From Candidatus Rokuibacteriota bacterium (GTDB lineage Bacteria; Methylomirabilota; Methylomirabilia; Rokubacteriales; CSP1-6): a stretch of 64,000 bases of DNA. The stretch spans positions 28 to 64,027 of the forward strand of contig JAHFDK010000013.1 in NCBI GenBank assembly GCA_023249095.1. Direction: 5' to 3'. The position numbers and the translations under genes were made by a program. The notes under the pieces are model-generated. The model saw only the letters and a list, made by a program, of their open reading frames with translations. It was not told the DNA's origin and searched no databases. Shown here piece after piece: positions 9,506 through 19,296 of this stretch. Numbering within the stretch: position 1 is the first letter of the stretch; each line of letters starts with the position of its first letter.

Positions 9506-10571
9506 GGGCGTGCTGGGAAATATTCAAGAGTACTCCCGTCGAGACCATCGTGACGAGCAGGGCGGAGCCGCCGAAGGAGATGAAGGGCAGGGGCAGCCCC
9601 TTCGTCGGCAACAGGCCCGTCACGACCCCAAGGTTCACGAGGGTCTGCGTCGCGATCAACACGGTGATCCCGAGCGCCAGGTAGCCGCCGAAGGGGTCGG
9701 GCGCCCGCAACCCGATCCGGAGCCCGCGCCAGACCAGAACGATGAAGAGCGCGACGATGGCCGCGGCGCCCACGAAGCCCAGCTCCTCGGCGATGATCGC
9801 GAAGATGAAATCCGTGTGCGATTCCGGGAGGTAGAAGAGCTTCTGGCGGGACGCGCCGATGCCCTGACCGAAAATCCCGCCGTTGCCGAGCGCGAGCCAC
9901 GACTGGATGATCTGGAACCCGCTGCCGCGCGGGTCCGACCACGGGTCGAGGAACGCGACGATGCGCCGCAGCCGGTACGGCGCCGCCCAGATCGCCACCA
10001 CGAGCGGCGGCAACGCGAGCGCGAGGACGAGGCCCAGGTGCCGGACTCGGCCGCCCGCGAGGAACAGGAGCGTGAACGTGAGGGTGATGAGCGTCAGACA
10101 ATTGCCGAGGTCCGGCTGCGCGAGGACGAGCGCGGCCAGAAGGCCGGCCACCGCGAGCGGCGGCACGAGCCCGCGGCGGAGCTCGGCGATCGCCTCGCCC
10201 TTGCGCGCGAGAAAGGCGGCGAGATAGAGCACGAGCGCGAGCTTGGCCAGCTCCGCCGGCTGGAACGACACGGGCCCGAGCCGGATCCAGCGGCGCGTGC
10301 CGTTGATCGCCTGACCGAGCGGCGAGACCAGCACCAGCACGAGGAGCACGCCCGCGAAGATCAGGAGCGGGAGCACGAACTCTTCCAGACGATGGTAGTC
10401 GAGGCGGATCGCCATCCATAGGCACCCGGCGCCGAGCAGGGCCCAGAACACCTGCTTCTTGAGAAAGAAGTACGGGTCGTGGAAGCGGTCGGCCGCCACG
10501 ATCGCGCTCGCGGAGTAGACCATCACCACGCCCACCGAGAGGAGGACGATCGCGATGCCGAACAGCCACAC
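9498..10571 (-). CDS. ftsW: SEDS-family peptidoglycan polymerase FtsW
   Basis: Polytopic membrane protein with '[25 protein letters not shown]', '[17 protein letters not shown]' and '[21 protein letters not shown]'. GTG start. It overlaps murC by 8 nt. Confidence 0.9.
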   Translation of the reverse strand: MWLFGIAIVLLSVGVVMVYSASAIVAADRFHDPYFFLKKQVFWALLGAGCLWMAIRLDYHRLEEFVLPLLIFAGVLLVLVLVSPLGQAINGTRRWIRLGPVSFQPAELAKLALVLYLAAFLARKGEAIAELRRGLVPPLAVAGLLAALVLAQPDLGNCLTLITLTFTLLFLAGGRVRHLGLVLALALPPLVVAIWAAPYRLRRIVAFLDPWSDPRGSGFQIIQSWLALGNGGIFGQGIGASRQKLFYLPESHTDFIFAIIAEELGFVGAAAIVALFIVLVWRGLRIGLRAPDPFGGYLALGITVLIATQTLVNLGVVTGLLPTKGLPLPFISFGGSALLVTMVSTGVLLNISQHAHV

Positions 10572-10605
10572 GTCGGGCGCGAGCTTCCTGGGCAGTTTAG
10601 TCGGG

Positions 10606-10637
10606 CTGGGGGGGAGCGAGCACCGCTCCTCCCCCAG
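10606..10637 (-). other. GC-rich hairpin in the 99-nt murD-ftsW spacer
   Basis: 'ctgggggggagcg' / loop 'agcac' / 'cgctcctcccccag'. The inverted repeat is near-perfect, with one bulged base. There is no U-tract. Confidence 0.4.
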
Positions 10638-10670
10638 CCCCCCCCACCGCTCGGAGGAACCCGCCAGACA

Positions 10671-12077
10671 TCAGTCGAGCCGTTCCACGAGCTTTTTGAA
10701 TACGTCACCCCGGTGTTCAAAATGATCGAACATGTCGAAGGAGGCGCACGCCGGCGAGAGCAGCACGATGTCTCCGGGCGCGGCGAGCGCGCGAGCGCGA
10801 TCGACGGCTTCCTGGAGCGACCGGCAGAACGTCACCGGGATCGTCGCGGCCGCGAGCGCGGCGCCGATCTTCTCCGCGTCCTCGCCGATGAGGAGAGCGT
10901 GGGCGACCCGCCCCCGGGCCGCGGTCGCGAGCGGGCCCCAGGCCTGTCCCTTGCCTTTGCCGCCCGCGATGAGCACGATTCGCTCCGGAAAGCTTTCGAG
11001 CGCGCGGAGGGTCGACGCGACGTTGGTGCCTTTCGAGTCGTTATAGTAGTGGACCCCCTTGAGGTCGCGGACCCACTCGATCCGGTGCGCCACGCCCCGG
11101 AAGCTCGCGACGGCCGTACGGATCGCCGCGGACGAGACGCCCGTCCAGAGCGCGCACGCCGTCGCCGCGAGGACGTTCTCCACGTTGTGCTGGCCGCGCA
11201 GGAAGATCTCCGACAGCGGGCAGATGTCCTCGACGTGGCCATTGAGCCGCGCGGCGATCCGCCCATCGCGGACGAAGACCCCGTGGGCCAGCTCGCGCCG
11301 CCGGCTGAACCACACCACCGGCGCGCGCACCCGAGATCCCAGGGCTCGCGTCGCCTCGTCGTCGGCGTTCAGGACAGCGCAATCAGCCGGCGCCTGGTTC
11401 GCAAAGATCCGGGCCTTGGCGTCCACGTACGCGGCGAACGTGCCGTGCCGGTCGAGGTGGTCCGGCGTGACGTTGAGGACCACGGCGACCCGTGGCTGGA
11501 AGGCCTCGGTGGTCTCGAGCTGGAAGCTCGACACCTCGCACACCACGAGACCGTCGGGCGGGAACGAGAGCGCGTGCGTGGAGAGCGGCGTGCCGATGTT
11601 GCCGGCGACGAGGACGGGCCGCGGCTGCTGGGCCAGCACCGCGCCGATCAGCGCCGTGGTGGTCGTCTTGCCGTTGGTCCCCGTGATCGCGATCGTGTCC
11701 GCCTCCATCGCCCGCCAGCCGAGCTCGAGCTCGCCGATGATCGGCACCTGCCGGGTGCGCGCCGCGGCGAGCTGGGCACCGTCGAGCGGGATCCCGGGGC
11801 TCACCACCACCAGCTCGGTCCCGGCGAAGGCGGCCGCCGGCTCGTCGGCGCCCGCGAGCAGACGCACGCCCAGATCGGCGAGTGCGGCCGCCTCGCGGCC
11901 GAGGGCGGCGACCGGTTTTACGTCCGTGCCGATCACATCAGCGCCGGCGGTGCGCAGGAGCCGCGCCGCGGCGACACCGCTTCGCGCGAGCCCGACCACC
12001 GTCACGCGACGGCCGGCGAGGGCCTGGAGGTAGGCCCGACCCCGGGTCACCGTGTCCACCTCGTCGAGCGAGCTCAC
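10671..12077 (-). CDS. murD: UDP-N-acetylmuramoylalanine--D-glutamate ligase
   Basis: 'VTVVGLARSGVAAARLL', 'IAITGTNGKTTTTALIG' and 'YNDSKGTNV'. Confidence 0.95.
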   Translation of the reverse strand: MSSLDEVDTVTRGRAYLQALAGRRVTVVGLARSGVAAARLLRTAGADVIGTDVKPVAALGREAAALADLGVRLLAGADEPAAAFAGTELVVVSPGIPLDGAQLAAARTRQVPIIGELELGWRAMEADTIAITGTNGKTTTTALIGAVLAQQPRPVLVAGNIGTPLSTHALSFPPDGLVVCEVSSFQLETTEAFQPRVAVVLNVTPDHLDRHGTFAAYVDAKARIFANQAPADCAVLNADDEATRALGSRVRAPVVWFSRRRELAHGVFVRDGRIAARLNGHVEDICPLSEIFLRGQHNVENVLAATACALWTGVSSAAIRTAVASFRGVAHRIEWVRDLKGVHYYNDSKGTNVASTLRALESFPERIVLIAGGKGKGQAWGPLATAARGRVAHALLIGEDAEKIGAALAAATIPVTFCRSLQEAVDRARALAAPGDIVLLSPACASFDMFDHFEHRGDVFKKLVERLD

Positions 12078-12087
12078 GCGGTCCTCC

Positions 12088-13167
12088 TTATCTGAGCTTC
12101 AAGGTCGTGAGCGCCAGCAGTGCCAACGCGAACGACACGATCCAGAATCGGACGACGATCTTGGGCTCGGGCCAGCCCGAGAGCTCGTAGTGATGGTGCA
12201 GGGGCGCCATGCGGAAGACGCGGCGCCCGGTCAGCTTGAAGCTGGCGACCTGGATGATCACCGACAGCGCCTCGACGACGTAGAGGCCGCCGATCAGCGG
12301 CAGCAGCAGCTCCGCCTTGGTCAACACCGCCAGCGTGCCGATCGCACCGCCCAGGGCCAGCGAGCCCACGTCGCCCATGAAGATCTCGGCCGGATGGCAG
12401 TTGAACCAGAGGAACCCGATCGCCGCGCCGATCAGCGCGCCGCAGAAGACCGTCAGCTCGCCCGCGCCTCTCACGTTGAGGATCTTGAGGTAGTCGGCGG
12501 CCCGGAAGTTGCCCGTGAGGTACGCGATCACACCGAACGCGGCGCCGGCCATGATGACCGGGCCGATCGCCAGCCCGTCGAGCCCGTCCGTCAGATTCAC
12601 GGCGTTCGAGGCGCCGACGATGACGAGCATCGCGAACGGGATCCAGAGCCAGCCCAGATTGACGAGCCAACCCTTGAAGAAGGGGATCGACAGCACCGGC
12701 AGCCAGGCGCTGGGCGCCTGCCAGAAGACCAGCTGCACGATCCCCAGGGACAGCACGAGCTGCGCGCTGAACTTCACCCGCGTCGCGAGGCCCTTGCGCG
12801 TGCGCAGCTTGGTCATGTCGTCCCAGACGCCGATCAACCCGAAGCCCGCCGTCGCCAGGATCACCACCCACACGTACCGGTTCCCGAGATTGGCCCAGAG
12901 CAACGTCGTCACGAGGATCGCCGTCAGGATGACGATCCCGCCCATCGTCGGCGTGCCCTTCTTGGTGCGGTGCCGCTCGGGGGTATCCTCGCGGATCGTC
13001 TCGCCGCCATGCTGCAGCACTCGAAGGCGGCGGATCAGCCACGGCCCGACGACGAGCGAGATGATGAACGCCGAGATCAGGGCCATGAACGAGCGGAACG
13101 TCAGATAGCGGAAGACGTTGAAGACGATGTGATCCTTGGCGAGCGGGACGAGGAAGTAATAGAGCAT
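12088..13167 (-). CDS. mraY: Phospho-N-acetylmuramoyl-pentapeptide transferase
   Basis: 'TKKGTPTMGGIVIL', 'NAVNLTDGLDGLAIG' and 'MGDVGSLALGGAIG'. Confidence 0.95.
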   Translation of the reverse strand: MLYYFLVPLAKDHIVFNVFRYLTFRSFMALISAFIISLVVGPWLIRRLRVLQHGGETIREDTPERHRTKKGTPTMGGIVILTAILVTTLLWANLGNRYVWVVILATAGFGLIGVWDDMTKLRTRKGLATRVKFSAQLVLSLGIVQLVFWQAPSAWLPVLSIPFFKGWLVNLGWLWIPFAMLVIVGASNAVNLTDGLDGLAIGPVIMAGAAFGVIAYLTGNFRAADYLKILNVRGAGELTVFCGALIGAAIGFLWFNCHPAEIFMGDVGSLALGGAIGTLAVLTKAELLLPLIGGLYVVEALSVIIQVASFKLTGRRVFRMAPLHHHYELSGWPEPKIVVRFWIVSFALALLALTTLKLR

Positions 13168-13176
13168 CCGGCTCCC

Positions 13177-14568
13177 TCATCGGGCCAGGCGCGCCACCAG
13201 CGCGTCCACGACCCGCTCCATGCGCATGCCGCGCGAGCCTTTCACGAGCACGACGTCGCCCGGCGCCAACCCTTTGAGGAGGTGGGCCACCGTGTCCTCG
13301 AACGTCGTGGCGTGGTGCGCCGCGGCCAGGCCCGCCGCGCGCGCGGCCTCGACGGCCAACCGCGCCAGCCGCCCCACGCCGACGAACTCGTCGGAGCCGG
13401 CCGCCACCACCGCGCGGCCCATCTCCTGGTGCGCTTCCTCGGCGATCGCGCCAAGCTCCAGCATATCGCCCAACACCACCACGAGGCGTCCCGACGGCGC
13501 GGCCGCGCGGCGCGTCGCGGCGGTCTCGAGCGCGGAGCGGACCGAGACGGGATTCGCGTTGTACGTATCGTCGAGAATACGCACACCGCCCGCGTCGCGC
13601 CACACGCAGCGACCCGCCACCGGCCGGGCCCCGGCGAGCCCGCGGGCGATTTCGTCGAGCGGCCAGCCCAGCGCCACGCCCACCGCCGCGGCGGCGAGCG
13701 CGTTCGTCACGTTGTGCCGTCCCACCAGGGCGAGCGTCACGGGTGTCCGCTCTCCCCCGCTCTCGAGCGTGAACGCGAGCGTCCGCGCATCCTCGACGAT
13801 GTCCCCCGTCGCCCGCACGTCGGCCCCGGGCGAGCGGCCGTACGTGATGACGGGCGCGCCGCTGTCTCGTGCCATGCCCGCCACCCGCGGATCGTCGGCG
13901 TTGAGCACGACCCGCCCGTCGGCGTCGACGGCGCGGACCAGCGCCGCCTTCTCGGCGCGGACGCCGTCGAGCGAGCCGAGGAACTCGGTGTGGGCGTGCG
14001 CGACCGTCGTGACGACGGCGACGGTCGGTCGCGCGAGCCCGGCCAGCGCCGCGATCTCGCCGGGATGCTGGCTGCCGATCTCGAGCACGATCGCCTGGTG
14101 CTCGGCGGTGAGCCGGAGGAGCGTCAGCGGGAGCCCCCACTGGTTGTTGAAGCTCCCGCTCGGCTTCAGCACCTGCCAGCGCATGCCGAGGACGCCGGCG
14201 ATCAGCTCCTTGGTGGTCGTCTTGCCGTTCGAGCCTGTCACCGCCACGACGGGGATGGAAAATCTCGCACGGTGGTAGGCGGCGAGCATGCCCAGAGCTC
14301 GCGTCGTGTCCTCGACGAGCACCAGCGGTACATTGGCCGGCACGTCGTCGTGGAGCGCGTGCACGACCAGGCACGCGGCACCGCGGGAGGCCGCCTCGGC
14401 AAGGAACGCGTGACCGTCGAGGCGGTTGCCCCGGATCGCGAAAAAGGCTTCGCCGACGCCGAGCGCTCGAGAGTCGACGGACACCCCGGTGACGGGCACG
14501 CCGAGGTCGCCGGCGACCAGGGCGCCCTGGCTGGCGCGGACGATGTCCTGCACGGTGAAGGGTGGCAC
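13177..14568 (-). CDS. murF: UDP-N-acetylmuramoyl-tripeptide--D-alanyl-D-alanine ligase
   Basis: 'VSVDSRALGVGEAFFAIRGNRLDGHAF', 'VAVTGSNGKTTTKELIA' and 'DDTYNANP'. I chose the GTG at 14568 (codon 96 of the track ORF). It is preceded by 'aggagcgccc' and lies 8 nt after the murE stop. Confidence 0.9.
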   Translation of the reverse strand: MPPFTVQDIVRASQGALVAGDLGVPVTGVSVDSRALGVGEAFFAIRGNRLDGHAFLAEAASRGAACLVVHALHDDVPANVPLVLVEDTTRALGMLAAYHRARFSIPVVAVTGSNGKTTTKELIAGVLGMRWQVLKPSGSFNNQWGLPLTLLRLTAEHQAIVLEIGSQHPGEIAALAGLARPTVAVVTTVAHAHTEFLGSLDGVRAEKAALVRAVDADGRVVLNADDPRVAGMARDSGAPVITYGRSPGADVRATGDIVEDARTLAFTLESGGERTPVTLALVGRHNVTNALAAAAVGVALGWPLDEIARGLAGARPVAGRCVWRDAGGVRILDDTYNANPVSVRSALETAATRRAAAPSGRLVVVLGDMLELGAIAEEAHQEMGRAVVAAGSDEFVGVGRLARLAVEAARAAGLAAAHHATTFEDTVAHLLKGLAPGDVVLVKGSRGMRMERVVDALVARLAR

Positions 14569-14576
14569 GGGCGCTC

Positions 14577-16052
14577 CTAGGTCCTCGGCTCGGACAGGAT
14601 TCGTCGCGCAACGTCGCGGTCGTCGAACGCAAGCACGTCGGCGCCGATGATCTGATAGGTCTCGTGCCCCTTCCCGGCAATGACCACCGTGTCGCCGGGC
14701 TCGGCCCAGGCGATCGCCGCCGCGATCGCGGCGGCACGGTCGGGCTCGGTTGCGTAGCGGCTCGCGGCCGGCCCGGCCCGGCGCACACCGGCCACGACCT
14801 CGTCGATGATCGCCTCCGGCCGCTCCGAACGTGGATTGTCGGAGGTCACCCACACGCGGTCGCAGAGGCGCGCGGCGATCCCGCCCATGATCGGCCGTTT
14901 GCCGCGGTCGCGGTCGCCGCCGCAGCCGAAGACGACCCCGAGCCGCCGGCGAGTGAGCTTCCGCGCCGTGGTCAGCACGCGCTCGAGGGCGTCGGGGGTG
15001 TGGGCGTAGTCGACGATCACGAGGAACGGCTGGCCGGCCCGCACCTGCTCGAAGCGCCCCGGCACGGTGCCGACCGCCGCGAGGGCCTGCGCGATGGCGG
15101 GCGGCTCGAGGCCCAGCGCGAGCCCGGTCGCCACGGCTCCGAGCAGGTTCATCACGTTGTGCTCGCCGATCAGCGGCGACGTGAGCCCGACGCGGCCGCG
15201 CGGCGTCTCGACCGTCATGCGGATGCCTTCGAGCGACGAGGCGTGCTCGACGGCTCGGACACGCGCGGAGGCGCCGAGCCCGAAGGTGAGCGCGGCCAGG
15301 TCGAGCCCGCTGACCATCGTCGCCCCCGCCGGATCGTCCCCGTTGACGACGGCGGTGCGGGTGGGCTTGGGCGACCCGGCGAGGAGCTCGAACAGCCGGC
15401 GCTTGGCGAGCCGGTAGCTCTCGAGCGTTCCGTGGAAGTCGAGGTGATCCTGCGTGAGATTCGTGAACACCGCCACATCGAACGCGAGGCCGTCGGCGCG
15501 CGCGAGCGCGAGCGCGTGCGACGACACTTCCATCGCGACGCCCCGGACGCCGCCGTCGCGCATGTGCGCGAGCATCGATTGGAGGTCGAGCGCCTCCGGG
15601 GTCGTCTGGCCGGCCGGTCGCGTTTCATCGCCCAGCACGTACTGGATCGTGCCGATCACGCCGGTGGCGAGGCCGCGGGCGCGCAACAGCGCCTCGATCA
15701 GATACGAGGTCGTCGTCTTGCCGTTGGTCCCCGTGATGCCGACGAGCGTGAGCTGTCGCGACGGATGGCCGTAGAACGCGCCGGCGAGTCGGGCGAGCGA
15801 CACCCGGACCGACGGCACGAGCACCTGGGCGACGGAGAGCCCGGCGACCGGCTCACCCTCGGTGACGACGACCGCCGCCCCCCGCCGCACGGCATCCGGG
15901 ATGAAGTGGCGCCCGTCCTGCTTGAACCCGGGGACCGCGACGAAGCACCCGCCCGGCTCGACGCGGCGCGAGTCGCCGGCGATGGACGAGACCGACCGTG
16001 GCGGCTCGCCGATCACCCGCTTCTCCGGGAGCGCCGCGAGCAGCTCGCTCAT
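14577..16052 (-). CDS. murE: UDP-N-acetylmuramoyl-L-alanyl-D-glutamate--2,6-diaminopimelate ligase
   Basis: 'GITGTNGKTTTSYLIE', 'DYAHTPDALE' and 'FGCGGDRDRGKRPIMG' (the DNPR-type 'SDNPRSE' region suggests a DAP-type enzyme). ATG 16052 with upstream 'gggagg' is preferred over ATG 16073. Confidence 0.9.
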   Translation of the reverse strand: MSELLAALPEKRVIGEPPRSVSSIAGDSRRVEPGGCFVAVPGFKQDGRHFIPDAVRRGAAVVVTEGEPVAGLSVAQVLVPSVRVSLARLAGAFYGHPSRQLTLVGITGTNGKTTTSYLIEALLRARGLATGVIGTIQYVLGDETRPAGQTTPEALDLQSMLAHMRDGGVRGVAMEVSSHALALARADGLAFDVAVFTNLTQDHLDFHGTLESYRLAKRRLFELLAGSPKPTRTAVVNGDDPAGATMVSGLDLAALTFGLGASARVRAVEHASSLEGIRMTVETPRGRVGLTSPLIGEHNVMNLLGAVATGLALGLEPPAIAQALAAVGTVPGRFEQVRAGQPFLVIVDYAHTPDALERVLTTARKLTRRRLGVVFGCGGDRDRGKRPIMGGIAARLCDRVWVTSDNPRSERPEAIIDEVVAGVRRAGPAASRYATEPDRAAAIAAAIAWAEPGDTVVIAGKGHETYQIIGADVLAFDDRDVARRILSEPRT

Positions 16053-16074
16053 GGCCGTGCCCCTCCCCCCCATC

Positions 16075-18042
16075 TCACCGCTCGCCTCGCGCCGCGCGCG
16101 TCAATGTGAGGCGGGCGACCGCGCCCGGCTCGAGCGGCTCACCTGGCGCCGGCACCTGGCGAACCACGCGTCCCTGCCCCGCGAGCCGGACCTCGACCCG
16201 GAGTGGCTCGAGGGCTCCGAGCGCCTGGCGCAACGTCTTCCCGGTGAGGTCGGGCATCCGCCTCGTCCCATCGGGCTCCACCACCTCCGGAGCCGTGCTC
16301 ACCAGTCTCACCCGCGCCGGGGCGACGGCCTCGGCACCCGTGACGATCTGCAGCGGCTGGGCGTCGCGCGGCGGGACCTCGAGGTAGCGGAGGATCTCGC
16401 GGCCGATCGCGTTGAAGATCGGCGCCGCCGCCTCGCTGCCCCACTTCTCGTTCTTGGGCTCGTCGAGCATGACGAGCATGGCGAACCGAGGCTCGTCGGC
16501 CGGGGCAAAGCCGACGAACGACAGGACCCCCGGCGCGCGCGAGTAGCGCCCGGTCGCCGGATCGAGCTTCTGGGCCGTGCCGGTCTTGCCCCCGACCGCG
16601 TACCCGGGGATCGCCGCGAAGCGTCCGGTGCCCGCGTCCACGACCCGGACGAGCAGGCGCGAGAGCGTCCGCGCGGTGTCCGGCGAGATGACCTGGCGGA
16701 CGGCCTTGGGCTCGAAGCGGCGCGTCTCGCGGCCCTCGGCGTCGAACGTCGACCGCACCAGCCGGGGCAGCATCAGCGTACCGTCGTTGGCGATCGCGCC
16801 GAACGCCGCGACGAGCTGGAGCGCCGTGACCGAGATTTCCTGGCCGATCGACATCGTCGGCAGCGACAGGAGCGACCACCGCTGCGGGTCGCGCAGGAGC
16901 CCCCGGCTCTCGCCGGCGAGGCCCACGCCGGTCGTCGCGCCGAAGCCGAAGGCCTTCATGTACCGGTAGTAGCGCTCGCGGCCGAGCGCGAGCCCGACCT
17001 TGATCGACCCGATGTTCGACGAGTTCTGCAGGACCTCGGCGAACGTGAGCCATCCGTATTTCTTCCAGTCGTGGATCGTCGTCCCGGCGAGCGTGATCGC
17101 GCCGTTCTCGCCGTTGATGCGGTCGTCGGGCCGGACGACGCTTTCTTCGAGCGCTGCCGCGGCGAGGATCGCCTTGAACGTCGAGCCCGGCTCGAAGGGG
17201 TCGGTCACCGCGCGATTGCGCCAGTGGTCCGCCGACGGCACGTCGAGGAAGGTGTTCGGGTTGAACGTCGGGCGGATCGCCATCGCGAGGATGTCGCCCG
17301 AGCGCGGTTCGAGCACCACCACCATCGCGGCCTTCGCGTGCGTCCGCCGGTAGGCGGCGTCGATCTCTCGCTCGGCGATGTACTGGATCGTGCTGTCGAT
17401 CGTCAGCATGACGCCGTGGCCGGGCAGCGGTGGTCGGAGCAGGTGTTGAGTCGCCACCTCGCGGCCGAGCGCGTCCCGTCCGGCGATCGCCTTGCCGGGC
17501 ACACCGGCCAGCTCCGCGTTGAAGGCCCGCTCAATGCCCTCGAGCCCGCCTTCGACGCCCTCGAACCCGACGACGTGCGCCGCCAGCTCGCGATTCGGAT
17601 AGAGCCGGAGCGGCTCGGGGAGGAAGCCGAGCCCGGGCTCGCGGAGGGTCCTGACCTGCTCGGCGATGGTGGGCGGGAGCTTCCGCCGGAGCCATACGAA
17701 GGGGCGGGCGCTCGTCAGCGCGGCGTGAACCTCCGGCTCCGACAGGCCGATGACCGGCGCCAGGCGCGCGGCGATGCGGACCGGGTCGCCGACGCTGCGC
17801 GGCTGGACGAACAGCGACTCGGTCGCCGTCGACGTCGCGAGCGCGGCGCCCCGGCGGTCGACGATGGGCCCCCGCTGCGCGCGGAGCACCACCGTGCGCG
17901 AGTACTGGCGCTCAGCGAGCTGCGACAATTCACCGTGCTTGACGATCATCAGCCAGGCGAGACGACCGGTGAGGCCTCCGAACGCGAGGGCGAGGATCGC
18001 CGCCAGCACGAGCACCCGCGTCCGGACGGCGGCGTCCTTCAC
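16075..18042 (-). CDS. ftsI: Peptidoglycan D,D-transpeptidase FtsI (class B PBP)
   Basis: TM anchor 'VLVLAAILALAFGGL', dimerisation domain, then transpeptidase motifs 'STFK', 'SSN' and 'KTGTA', plus a C-terminal PASTA-like tail. The GTG start at 18042 overlaps the ftsL stop (GTGA). The 821-aa track ORF is over-extended. Confidence 0.9.
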   Translation of the reverse strand: MKDAAVRTRVLVLAAILALAFGGLTGRLAWLMIVKHGELSQLAERQYSRTVVLRAQRGPIVDRRGAALATSTATESLFVQPRSVGDPVRIAARLAPVIGLSEPEVHAALTSARPFVWLRRKLPPTIAEQVRTLREPGLGFLPEPLRLYPNRELAAHVVGFEGVEGGLEGIERAFNAELAGVPGKAIAGRDALGREVATQHLLRPPLPGHGVMLTIDSTIQYIAEREIDAAYRRTHAKAAMVVVLEPRSGDILAMAIRPTFNPNTFLDVPSADHWRNRAVTDPFEPGSTFKAILAAAALEESVVRPDDRINGENGAITLAGTTIHDWKKYGWLTFAEVLQNSSNIGSIKVGLALGRERYYRYMKAFGFGATTGVGLAGESRGLLRDPQRWSLLSLPTMSIGQEISVTALQLVAAFGAIANDGTLMLPRLVRSTFDAEGRETRRFEPKAVRQVISPDTARTLSRLLVRVVDAGTGRFAAIPGYAVGGKTGTAQKLDPATGRYSRAPGVLSFVGFAPADEPRFAMLVMLDEPKNEKWGSEAAAPIFNAIGREILRYLEVPPRDAQPLQIVTGAEAVAPARVRLVSTAPEVVEPDGTRRMPDLTGKTLRQALGALEPLRVEVRLAGQGRVVRQVPAPGEPLEPGAVARLTLTRAARGER

Positions 18043-18425
18043 TGGGCCGGCGGCCTCGGCGCGACGAGAGACGCGGCGCGACTGCGGTCCGCCGTCAGGC
18101 CCGTCCCGCCGGTCACGTATTCTTTCGCCAGCCGGATCTGATCCCGTGCGGGTACGACGAGGCCGATCTGCCGTGCGCGCGCCTCGAGGCGGCCCGGCGA
18201 CCGGAGCGTGGCCACCTCGATCTCGAGCTGGCGGATCCGCTCGTGGGCGCGCCCGCGCTCGCTCCGGAGCGCGTCGAGCCGGTACGCGAGATGGACCTGT
18301 TCGATTCGTACGCCGGCGACGGTGAGGGCGCCGGCCGCGAGCAACGCCGCGGTGGCGAGGGCCACGACGAGCGAGCGGCGCACACGTCGGTCGGGTTCGT
18401 GATGAAGTCGCTGGTCCTTCGTCAT
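18039..18425 (-). CDS. ftsL: Cell-division protein FtsL-like
   Basis: Small bitopic protein with TM 'LVVALATAALLAAGALTVAG' followed by a coiled coil 'LAYRLDALRSERGRAHERIRQLEIEVATL'. It holds the canonical position between rsmH and ftsI. Confidence 0.7.
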   Translation of the reverse strand: MTKDQRLHHEPDRRVRRSLVVALATAALLAAGALTVAGVRIEQVHLAYRLDALRSERGRAHERIRQLEIEVATLRSPGRLEARARQIGLVVPARDQIRLAKEYVTGGTGLTADRSRAASLVAPRPPAQ

Positions 18426-19282
18426 GGGAGCCGCTCCAGCACGCGCAGCTTCGCGCTCCTGGCGCGGGGGTTCTCCCGCACCTCGTCGTCCGCGGGCTGG
18501 CGGGGCGACGGCTCGAGCTCGGCGAACCCCGCCGATTCAAGAGCTCGGAACGTCTGCTTCACGATGCGATCTTCGCCCGAATGAAACGCGATGACACCCA
18601 ACCGGCCACCGGCCGCCAGCAGCGCGGGCGCCTGGGCCAGCGCCTGGCGGAGCGCGCCGGGCTCGTCGTTGACCGCCATGCGCACCGCCTGGAACGTGCG
18701 CGTGGCGACGTGGAGGCGGCGAGGCCACGCCGCGCGGGGCACCGCGGCGCGGACGGCGGCCACGAGGTCGCCCGTCCGCGACAGGGGTCGACGGCGCACG
18801 ATCGCCCGCGCGATACGCCGGGCGTGCGGCTCCTCCCCGTACTCGAAGATGACCCGTGCGAGCTCCGCCTCGGGGAGCCGGTTCACGAGCGCGGCCGCCG
18901 GCTCGCCGGCCCGGGGATCCAGACGCATGTCGAGGGGCTCGTCACCCTGGAAGGAGAATCCTCGTCCCGACTGCTCGAATTGCCAGGAGGACACACCGAG
19001 GTCCAGGAGAATCGAGCGGGTGCTGTCGATCCCGTGCGCGCCGGCGGCCTGCGCGAGGTCGCGGAAGCTCGAGCGCGCGAGCCGGACGCGGTCGCCGAAC
19101 GACGCCAGACGCGCGCCCGCCCGCGCGAGTGCCTCGGGGTCCACGTCCAGGCCGAGGAGGCTCACCGAGGCAGCGCTGGCGCTCAGGATCGCCTCCGCGT
19201 GACCGCCCATCCCCACCGTCGCATCGATCACCCATCCCTCGCCGCGCGGGCGCAGGAGAAACGCGACCTCGTCGGCGAGCAC
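18422..19282 (-). CDS. rsmH: 16S rRNA (cytosine1402-N4)-methyltransferase
   Basis: 'IDATVGMGGHAEAIL', 'GLDVDPEAL', 'LLDLGVSSWQF', 'RGFSF' and 'IAFHSGEDRIVK'. The start is uncertain (see finding). The only canonical start is the GTG at 19282. Confidence 0.9.
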   Translation of the reverse strand: MLADEVAFLLRPRGEGWVIDATVGMGGHAEAILSASAASVSLLGLDVDPEALARAGARLASFGDRVRLARSSFRDLAQAAGAHGIDSTRSILLDLGVSSWQFEQSGRGFSFQGDEPLDMRLDPRAGEPAAALVNRLPEAELARVIFEYGEEPHARRIARAIVRRRPLSRTGDLVAAVRAAVPRAAWPRRLHVATRTFQAVRMAVNDEPGALRQALAQAPALLAAGGRLGVIAFHSGEDRIVKQTFRALESAGFAELEPSPRQPADDEVRENPRARSAKLRVLERLP

Positions 19283-19296
19283 CGGAACGTGAACCG

